Shown here: piece by piece, positions 31,299 through 39,200 of the stretch | Layout of the letters: the number at the start of each line of letters is the position of its first letter | Position numbering within the stretch: position 1 is the first letter of the stretch | Assembly: GCA_022509025.1 (NCBI GenBank) | Contig: JAFLUB010000005.1 | Span: forward strand, 7,037 to 71,036 | DNA from: Oscillospiraceae bacterium | Lineage (GTDB): Bacteria > Bacillota > Clostridia > UBA1381 | Reading direction: 5' to 3' | Length of the DNA: 64,000 nucleotides | The notes under the pieces: model-generated | Told to the model about the DNA's origin: nothing | The model's database searches: none | Seen by the model: only the letters and a program-made list of their open reading frames with translations | Translations under genes and position numbers: made by a program

Positions 31299-31397
31299 AC
31301 CAACACCCCCATTCTTGAAAGGTGTCAGAATAACCGCGTACCCTCTTGCTATGACTGTATTCTATCATACTATGTCAAATTTTTCAACATAGCATTT

Positions 31398-34349
31398 TTA
31401 ATTGTCATTTTTCACTTCAATTCGTATTTTAAATTCAAATTCCTTTTCATCAAACAAATATTCCTTAAGCGGCAATGGCCCGCAGCTGTTTTGTCCGATT
31501 CCGTTTTGCTTATAGTCTACGCACAAAACAGTATCAGGGCATTTTTGAAGCTCAAAGTTATGCATCTTCTCTGTCAGTTCCTCCTGCGTATAATGCGACG
31601 CATTGAACGAAAACGGAATATCGGAGCTTATACTAAGCTTATCAGTTTCAACGTAACGCGTACCGAAATGGCTTCCGTTTTCCTGTGGTTTTACATAGTC
31701 CTCATACAAATCATCAACACTTGTCTCAAATTCGTCAAAATACGACGCAAGGTGCTTATCGCTATAGCTTTCATAAGGTCCGAATCCGTAATACTTAACG
31801 CTTTCACCGTTTGTGAAAAAGCGCAGTCCGAAGCGCGGAAGAAATGGCATTATCTCGTTTACATTTACCTTTGCGCATAAATCTATCGTACCGTCCGCAA
31901 AAACAGTCCATTCGCTCTCGATATCAAGAGTCTTGCACTGCGCCGCCGGAATAAGCGCGCTCAGGCACTTGATCACGACATAGTTGTCTCCTTCGGAAAC
32001 TTCTGTTTTATATATGAACGGTTCCTCCCGGTCAAAGCTTGCGTATCGCCATTCTCCAACAACGTTTCTGTCGTTATCAGTCGGAGCGCGCCATACGTTC
32101 CACTCTACGGGCTTCGCTATACTGTCATTAAGCTTTGTGAAATTGCCGATTGCTTTATCGAAAACGTACCGGAAATTATCGCCGCTTATTATGATATTTC
32201 TGCCCTCGTCTGAAACAGAGACCTTTCCGTTTACTTCAACCTCTCCGAGTGCCGGAACAGGGTCGTTTATAATAAGCTGCTCAAATCCTACCTCATAGCC
32301 TTTTTTTGCCCACGGCGTATCGTTCTTCTGATACGCTTTAATCATCAGCACATCACCCTCAGGACGCGGAAAGCTCTTTTTGCCGCGCGGAGGAACGTCA
32401 AACTGGATCTCCCCGCCGTTTATTTCAAAGGTCAGCAAATCGCTCAGATACGCAAAATCAAAGCGGTTTTCAACAATGATTAAATTTCCGTAAGTTTTAA
32501 CAGTGAACGGCTTTATAGCCTGCTTATATTCCAGAAGTCCCGTATGCGGACGTCTGTCAGGGTATACAAGACCGTCCATACAGAAATTGCCGTCATGGAT
32601 AACCTCGCCGAAATCGCCGCCGTAGAAGTACTTCCCGTCACCCATATCAATTGCATGATCGCACCACTCCCATGCGAACGCGGCAAAGAAACCGTCATAG
32701 CGGTAAAGACGGTCAATATATTCCTTTATTCCACCGGGACCGTTACCCATCGCATGCATGAACTCGCACTGCATATACGGCTTTACCTTTGAAAGCTGCT
32801 CCTTTTCCTTTTTAGGAAGCTCACTTTCGCTCAGATTTATCCATTCGCCTGCCTGTTCATAAGAGTTACCATCGTCAGAGTTTATTGTTCTCCATACACG
32901 CTCGCCGGGGTTTTTGAAGTACTCATCTATCCAATCATATGGCGCGTACATTGTGCTTACAACATCAAGCATAGATGTGTCATTCTTATGCCCCGCCATC
33001 TGCCACATGCTGCTCTCATAATGAGTCAGTCTCGTTTTATCATATTCCTTAACCCATTTACCCGCGTTTTCAAAATTCACGCCGTAGCCGCCCTCATTGC
33101 CGAGTGACCAAAGGCACACACAGGTACGGTTTTTATCACGTATAACATTGCGCTGCACTCTGTCGAGTATCGCTTTCTCCCAGTCGGGATTGTTCGCGAG
33201 AAGTCCGAAGGTTGTCGCCTGTGAGCCTTTGTAAATTGCGGCTGTGCCGTGGATTTCTATATCCGACTCGTCTATAACGTAGAAGCCGTATTCATCGCAT
33301 ATCTGCATGACATAAGGCGCGTTCGGATAATGGCTTGTGCGTATAGCGTTTATATTATGACGTTTCATGAGCATTAAATCTCTTTCCACATGTTCACGCG
33401 TAACCGCGTAGCCTGTGACAGGGTCGCTGTCATGGCGGTTTACTCCGCGCATTTTCACAGGCTTATTATTAATAAGCACAACGCCGTCAGAAATTTTTAT
33501 TTCTCTAAGCCCTATTCTTTCCTTTATCACTTCGTTGTCCGTGACAATATAGAGCGTGTAAAGATACGGAAATTCCGCGTTCCATAATATCGGATTTTCT
33601 ATTTTTATTTCCTTGTCTTTCCCATCATACATAACACCCTTTTCATTTTCCAAAATAAAATGCGCGTCAAAATCAATGTCAATTTTTATAGTTCCGTCTA
33701 TGTACGTTTCTATTTTATAGTCAACGATATGCTTCTCCGGACGGCTCAGGATATACACATCCCTGAAAATGCCGCTCATGCGAAGCTTGTCCTGATCCTC
33801 GAGATAGCTGCCGTCGCACCACTTCATAACAAGCACGCAAAGCGTGTTTTTACCCTCCCGTACCTTATCTGTTATCTCAAACTCAGATGTTGAATGAGAC
33901 ACCTGACTATATCCAACAAAATCACCGTTAATCCAGACATAAAAGCAGGAGTCCACGCCTTCAAAATTAAGATAACGCCTCATATCACCGCTTATATCAA
34001 ATTCCGTCACATACGCGCCGCACGGATTTTCATACGGTACATACGGAGGATTAAACGGAAACGGATAGCGTGTGTTGGTGTATTGATGACTGTCGAAGCC
34101 TATCATCTGCCAGCATGACGGCACTGGAATTTTTTCAAACCCATCTGTGTCACCGTTTATAAAACCATCGGGAACATCGTCTATACATTTATAATACATA
34201 AAGTCCCAGTCGCCGTTTAAAAGCTGCTTTCTGTCCTCATTGCCTTTTCTCGCTTGCTCTGTGTTTGAATATATATTGTAATACGCTCTCATAGGTTCTG
34301 TGTTTACATGAAGCGTATTCAAATCATCATGATATTTTGTAAGCTGCAC
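31398..34349 (-). CDS. GH2 beta-galactosidase (LacZ/EbgA-like)
   Basis: FEGVDS, YLEDQD..RMSGIFRDV, GVNRHD, NAIRTSHYP, WSLGNE, CEFMHAMGNGPG, YVKPQENG. Confidence 0.95.
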   Translation of the reverse strand: MQLTKYHDDLNTLHVNTEPMRAYYNIYSNTEQARKGNEDRKQLLNGDWDFMYYKCIDDVPDGFINGDTDGFEKIPVPSCWQMIGFDSHQYTNTRYPFPFNPPYVPYENPCGAYVTEFDISGDMRRYLNFEGVDSCFYVWINGDFVGYSQVSHSTSEFEITDKVREGKNTLCVLVMKWCDGSYLEDQDKLRMSGIFRDVYILSRPEKHIVDYKIETYIDGTIKIDIDFDAHFILENEKGVMYDGKDKEIKIENPILWNAEFPYLYTLYIVTDNEVIKERIGLREIKISDGVVLINNKPVKMRGVNRHDSDPVTGYAVTREHVERDLMLMKRHNINAIRTSHYPNAPYVMQICDEYGFYVIDESDIEIHGTAAIYKGSQATTFGLLANNPDWEKAILDRVQRNVIRDKNRTCVCLWSLGNEGGYGVNFENAGKWVKEYDKTRLTHYESSMWQMAGHKNDTSMLDVVSTMYAPYDWIDEYFKNPGERVWRTINSDDGNSYEQAGEWINLSESELPKKEKEQLSKVKPYMQCEFMHAMGNGPGGIKEYIDRLYRYDGFFAAFAWEWCDHAIDMGDGKYFYGGDFGEVIHDGNFCMDGLVYPDRRPHTGLLEYKQAIKPFTVKTYGNLIIVENRFDFAYLSDLLTFEINGGEIQFDVPPRGKKSFPRPEGDVLMIKAYQKNDTPWAKKGYEVGFEQLIINDPVPALGEVEVNGKVSVSDEGRNIIISGDNFRYVFDKAIGNFTKLNDSIAKPVEWNVWRAPTDNDRNVVGEWRYASFDREEPFIYKTEVSEGDNYVVIKCLSALIPAAQCKTLDIESEWTVFADGTIDLCAKVNVNEIMPFLPRFGLRFFTNGESVKYYGFGPYESYSDKHLASYFDEFETSVDDLYEDYVKPQENGSHFGTRYVETDKLSISSDIPFSFNASHYTQEELTEKMHNFELQKCPDTVLCVDYKQNGIGQNSCGPLPLKEYLFDEKEFEFKIRIEVKNDN

Positions 34350-34413
34350 TGTGCAGACCCCCTTTTTTTATATTAAATCAAGTATACTATTATAGTTTAT
34401 AATTGTCAATACA

Positions 34414-34455
34414 AAGTCAAAGGGACACTAAAATTATTTAGTGTCCCTTTGACTT
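34414..34455 (-). terminator. Terminator-like hairpin after the heparinase-like gene
   Basis: aagtcaaagggacactaaa-atta-tttagtgtccctttgactt. Confidence 0.75.
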
Positions 34456-36132
34456 CTATTTTACTATCAGCTTGAATATATACTCATCCTCTGCTTTAAA
34501 TATAAAATCAATCGCCGTGATTTCCGTTATATTCCCGCCATGGTCACGGTGCGGATATGTTTTTATCTTCACGTCTGACGCGTTATCAGAGATAAGCGTA
34601 CCGATTGTTTTCCCGCCTGAAATTATTTTTATTCCCTCATCGGATTTCTGAGCCTTATGGCGAGTTATAAATCTCTCTGTTATTTCTGTTTCTTCACTAA
34701 GTTCAAATGTATCCTGTATCTTCGCTTTTTCTCCGTCACAGCACAGGGTTCGCACACATTTTTTAAGCGGCTTATATCCGTACGCTCCGCTTATGTCAGC
34801 GCCTGCACTATTCCCATCGGCAAAGAACCCTTCCGCACGGTATTCCTTTCCTGCTTTTTGCTCCGCTCCGCCTATAATCGGAACGCTGTGTCCTCCGGAA
34901 CGATTACAGAAAATATTATACCGTCCTTCTGAAAAATATTCAGCCGTATATTCCCCCGCGCCTATATCGCATAGAATCATCTCATTATCTTTGACTACAA
35001 TTACACTACCGATATCATTATGATTATGCGGCTCATCGTTAGTTCCGCCTTTAAAAACAGCGCATATATTTTCACCGCGCAATATCGCCCACTGAGCGTC
35101 TTTAAAAACCGCGCCGATTTCATACTCCGCCGCATCTGTCTCTTTAGTCCATGCGATATCGCGCACCGCCTTACACCATCTGCCGCAAGCGTCGCCGTAA
35201 AATAATGCGGTATACTCACTTTCCACAGGCGCGGAGCCGTACATTTCGCTTAGCTTACATAAGAGTCCGCTATAAACCCTGTCTCGCTCATATCCGTCCG
35301 AAAAGCTTATGGTAAATCCGCCGCCCAATATACATTTACGCGCAAAATCCGCCGCATTTTTTGCCATCTCGTAATCTATCGGAAAATCCTTTCCTGTACG
35401 CTGTTTATACAAGTCAAGAAAAGCGGTAAAATACATCATTCCGTAATTCCAGTAATATAATCCTTCAAGACACGCTCCGTCACAAGAAAAGCTTAAAAGA
35501 TAACTCTGAAGCGCTTCCTTCAGACCGTCCGTAACTTTCAAAAGCTCACTATCGTCCTCAATCAGATATATAGCTGTCATACCGACACAGCCGCCGCATA
35601 CGGCGCACCAGTTGCTTTTCGCGCTCTCCCAGCCATATGGCTTTGCGCGGTTTATAAAAGGATTAAGAACACGCTTTTTTATTTCATTAACGCATTTTTC
35701 TGATATTTCCTGAGAAATTCTGTCTTTAAGAAGTGATATGATTTCCGACAGCGCCTGCGCAGTTTCCGCCGCAAACAAATCAAGCGTTGTTTCGGGAGGC
35801 TCATTCCCAATATGTGCCGGCAATGCCCATGTGTTTTCAGAGCATACGGCCTCCAGCACATTTTCCAGTCGTTTCAGCGCATCCATATCGCCAAGCCATG
35901 CTTTTAAAGCAAAGTCCCGGAGCATGGTACGGCGGTGGAAATACTCATTTTCGTATTCCAGCCTATTGCCGCTTTTAAAATATTCCATAAACGCGGAAAG
36001 GGACAGCGCCCTTACGGGCTTGTCCCTAAGCATTTCATATTCTTCATTTAGTTCGTCAAGATACTTCTTTGCGTATTCACTGTCTGATTTAATGAAATCC
36101 GCACAGTCTAAGCCAGACTTAAATATATACAT
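34456..36132 (-). CDS. Heparinase II/III-like polysaccharide lyase family protein (no signal peptide)
   Basis: WALPAH, DLFAAET, SNWCAVC, DGACLEG..YWNYG, HNHNDIGS, HSVP. Confidence 0.8.
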   Translation of the reverse strand: MYIFKSGLDCADFIKSDSEYAKKYLDELNEEYEMLRDKPVRALSLSAFMEYFKSGNRLEYENEYFHRRTMLRDFALKAWLGDMDALKRLENVLEAVCSENTWALPAHIGNEPPETTLDLFAAETAQALSEIISLLKDRISQEISEKCVNEIKKRVLNPFINRAKPYGWESAKSNWCAVCGGCVGMTAIYLIEDDSELLKVTDGLKEALQSYLLSFSCDGACLEGLYYWNYGMMYFTAFLDLYKQRTGKDFPIDYEMAKNAADFARKCILGGGFTISFSDGYERDRVYSGLLCKLSEMYGSAPVESEYTALFYGDACGRWCKAVRDIAWTKETDAAEYEIGAVFKDAQWAILRGENICAVFKGGTNDEPHNHNDIGSVIVVKDNEMILCDIGAGEYTAEYFSEGRYNIFCNRSGGHSVPIIGGAEQKAGKEYRAEGFFADGNSAGADISGAYGYKPLKKCVRTLCCDGEKAKIQDTFELSEETEITERFITRHKAQKSDEGIKIISGGKTIGTLISDNASDVKIKTYPHRDHGGNITEITAIDFIFKAEDEYIFKLIVK

Positions 36133-36134
36133 AA

Positions 36135-37172
36135 TTATTTAATAACCACCGTTTTTATAACCTGATTTTCTACAGGCACATCGTCCATACGTGTCTGTGC
36201 CAATTCAACCGAATGAGTTTCCTGAGCTGCTATAGCGTCAACATATTCCATACCGCCTGTCACTCTGCCGAAAGCCGCATACTGACCATTAAGAAATGCC
36301 GAATCGTCATGCACGATAAAAAATTGGCTTGACGCGCTGTCATTACTCTGCGCAGCACGCGCCATAGAGATAGCACCGCGCTCATGCGGTATAAGGTTAA
36401 ACGAACCATTTACTACAAACTCGCCTTTAATTGTGTCAGCTTGTTTCTGATTAAGGCTTGCATCAAAGCCGCCGCCCTGTATCATGAAATTTTTTATAAC
36501 TCTATGGAAAATAAGTCCGTCATAAAAATGCTCGTTCGCAAGCTTAACAAAGTTAGCCACCGTAACAGGAGCAATGTCAGGATACAGTTCAAGAGTTATA
36601 ACCCCGCCGTTTTCAAGCTGAATTTCCGCGTTTACGAGATTTCCGCTATGGTCGGCATAGCCTTTATACGCGTCATATTTCTTGTTCAACTCCTGCTCGT
36701 ATGTAAGAAACATCTCCGCAAGTCCCGCCTCAACATTTTTCTTCGCATAATCAATTGAAACAGTCGAAGATGCGCCGTCCCAGTTAACAGTTGCACCGAA
36801 TATTTCAGACACTGCTCTTACCGGCACCATTGTTCTGCTGCTCATTATCACCGGCGGAACATCCAGAATGCTTGTCTTTTCTATTTCAGTGACGGATGTT
36901 TTAAATGCGTGGTCGCGTCCGATCCATGTAAAGAACAAGCTCTCTCCATCAGTAACAGTTATGCCCTGATTTTCACCGTCCCATGACACATCACATCCGA
37001 GAGCATCGCTTATCGCTCTCAGGGGAACAAGCGTTCTTCCACCTTCAATCACTGCGGGTGTATCTGTTTGTATCTTTTCTCCGTTTACAAGTATAGTTAT
37101 GTCAGCAGCATGCGCGCTCGCCGCCATCGCAAAAGCCAAAGCCGCCGCTAAACAAATCGCTGTTTTTTTCAT
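36135..37172 (-). CDS. Secreted cyclophilin-type peptidyl-prolyl isomerase with copper-amine-oxidase N-terminal (stalk) domain
   Basis: Signal peptide MKKTAICLAAALAFAMAASAHA; GRTLVPLRAIS..LG..V.WD twice; APVTVANF, FHRVIKNFMIQGG, SASSQFFI, YAAFGRV. Confidence 0.9.
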   Translation of the reverse strand: MKKTAICLAAALAFAMAASAHAADITILVNGEKIQTDTPAVIEGGRTLVPLRAISDALGCDVSWDGENQGITVTDGESLFFTWIGRDHAFKTSVTEIEKTSILDVPPVIMSSRTMVPVRAVSEIFGATVNWDGASSTVSIDYAKKNVEAGLAEMFLTYEQELNKKYDAYKGYADHSGNLVNAEIQLENGGVITLELYPDIAPVTVANFVKLANEHFYDGLIFHRVIKNFMIQGGGFDASLNQKQADTIKGEFVVNGSFNLIPHERGAISMARAAQSNDSASSQFFIVHDDSAFLNGQYAAFGRVTGGMEYVDAIAAQETHSVELAQTRMDDVPVENQVIKTVVIK

Positions 37173-37224
37173 AGTTAATATCCATAGCCTTTCTGCCCAC
37201 ATATATTCACGGTGAATTTTAACC

Positions 37225-37350
37225 TCCTTATCGCGGGCAGACAAGGCGTTAAATGGATATTATGCCCATGTGCGTTTTTCGAAGCTGCGCGAGAAAAATC
37301 ACACGGGCAATTAAATCCAATCAACGTGATTTATCACGTTAATTCCTCCA
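37225..37350. repeat. Long imperfect hairpin element in the PPIase leader, terminus similar to copies A and B
   Basis: Pairings tggat/atcca, tgccc/gggca, tttttc/gaaaaa; ends cacgttaattcctcca, like cacgttatttcctcca (17442) and cgcgttagcctcca (13478). Confidence 0.55.
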
Positions 37351-37499
37351 AATCTTAATATGCAAATTTATTTTATCATAATATGACAAGATTTTCAACT
37401 AAACTTAAAAATAAATATGTACAAATTAAATTTTTTATGGTATACTATAGAATATAATAAATGTGCTTTCAGGCAAAGCAGAAAGGCTTGGATATTATT

Positions 37500-39137
37500 A
37501 TGAATAAGAACGATCTGAAAAAAATCATTGCGATAAGCGCGGTCACCGCAGCCGCAGCTGCCGCGACAGTGATTGTGGTTTCGCAGTACCGCAAAACAAA
37601 GGAAGAGATGCGCCAGCATGAATTATCCGTAAAAAATAAAACCGCATATATTACAGGCGGCGGACTCAGCGCATTTGCCGCGGCGTTGTATCTCGTGCGT
37701 GATTGCGGCATGGATGCTGCACGTGTTCATATATTCACGAATACAAAATATAATCACGGCAATGGCGAGACGGGATATATATGCCGCAGAGGTAAGGTTA
37801 TAAATGAGAAAAGCTCAAATCTATTCGAGTTGCTCTGCGATATACATTCACTTGATATTCCAGACCTTACCGTATGTGATGAAATTCTCAATATTTACAG
37901 CGCAAATCCCATTATGAGAAATATAAGTTTCATAGACGACGAGAAAAACGTTATTGATATTTCTGATATAAGGCTTAATAAAGAGCATAGAAGCACAATA
38001 ATCTCGCTTATGAAAGAAAACAAGGAAAAGCTCAGAAATCTACCTGTAAACGAAGCATTTCCGGCTAACTTTTTCGGATCGTACTTCTGGAAGCTTATAA
38101 GCGCGACATACGGGTTCTCAACAGAGTCAAACACGTATGAGTTCATAAACGCAGTAACGCATATGGATGATATGCTGTCAGGTACTCTACCCGCTGATTT
38201 TGACAGACAAGAGGAAATCATTGAGCCGCTCAAAGCGCATCTTAAAGATATCGGAGTTGATATTCGCGAAAATGCAAAAGTTACTGATATAGATTTCGAG
38301 GACTCTTCCGTATCTGCAATTCATTTTACAGACGATGGCGTGAGAAAGAGCGTTTATCCTGACAGTGACGATATATGCATATTCCCGACAGATGAGATGG
38401 CTGAATGCGCGTCATGCGGAAGCTTCACAGAGAGCGCTCCGAGAATATTCCCTGCTCCGTTTAAATTATGGGAAAAGCTCGCCGAAAAGCATCCGGCATT
38501 CAAGAATCCGACCGCTTTGTTCAGTGATGATGACAGTAATATGTCTGAGGAATTCACAATCACGCTTTCAAACCGTATGCTTCCTGAGCTTATTGATAAA
38601 GTTACCTGCGGAGCATTAGGACTTGACGGTGTTATAGTTCTTGATAATTCCAACTGGAAGATGACAATATGCGCTGTTCCTCCGTCACACTTCAAGAACC
38701 AGAGCGAAGATATTGCGATAATCTGGGGTACTGCCTCGCGTCCCGACCGTGACGGTGAATATTGCGCTAAGCCAATGACCAGCTGTTCGGGCGCTGAGAT
38801 ATTATATGAGCTTGTCTCATGCATGAATCTTGACGAAGCATGGGAGGATATACGCGAAACAGTTATAAACGTGATTCCATGCCACAGACGGTATGACAAA
38901 TCATACCTTGCGCCTGTAGCATCAAAGCTTGAGATAATACCTACAGGCATTTCCAATTTTGCGATTTCAGGAGATTTCGCTGAAAATGAAAGCGGTATAG
39001 TCTTTACCGAAGAATACGCTGTCGTAACGGCACGCAAAGCGGCATACAGGCTTATGAAGAATAAAAGAAAGATTTATCAGTCAAAACCGGTATCGCTGAG
39101 AAGAATTAAAAGAACTCTCAGAAATTTAGTGAAATAA
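37500..39137 (+). CDS. Divergent oleate hydratase (MCRA)-like protein with N-terminal membrane anchor
   Basis: AYITGGGLSAFAAALYLVRD, DNSNWKMT, PSHFKNQ, KPMTSCSGAEILYEL, GDFAE...FTEEYAVVTA match the family; the RGGREM motif is replaced by RRGKVI. Confidence 0.8.
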   Translation: MNKNDLKKIIAISAVTAAAAAATVIVVSQYRKTKEEMRQHELSVKNKTAYITGGGLSAFAAALYLVRDCGMDAARVHIFTNTKYNHGNGETGYICRRGKVINEKSSNLFELLCDIHSLDIPDLTVCDEILNIYSANPIMRNISFIDDEKNVIDISDIRLNKEHRSTIISLMKENKEKLRNLPVNEAFPANFFGSYFWKLISATYGFSTESNTYEFINAVTHMDDMLSGTLPADFDRQEEIIEPLKAHLKDIGVDIRENAKVTDIDFEDSSVSAIHFTDDGVRKSVYPDSDDICIFPTDEMAECASCGSFTESAPRIFPAPFKLWEKLAEKHPAFKNPTALFSDDDSNMSEEFTITLSNRMLPELIDKVTCGALGLDGVIVLDNSNWKMTICAVPPSHFKNQSEDIAIIWGTASRPDRDGEYCAKPMTSCSGAEILYELVSCMNLDEAWEDIRETVINVIPCHRRYDKSYLAPVASKLEIIPTGISNFAISGDFAENESGIVFTEEYAVVTARKAAYRLMKNKRKIYQSKPVSLRRIKRTLRNLVK

Positions 39138-39145
39138 CGAATTTC

Positions 39146-39184
39146 AAAAATCCTCTGCCCTAAATCCCGGGCAGAGGATTTTTT
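39146..39184. terminator. Bidirectional terminator
   Basis: aaaaatcctctgccc-taaatccc-gggcagaggattttt between convergent genes. Confidence 0.85.
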
Positions 39185-39200
39185 ATTGTTTTATTTAATG

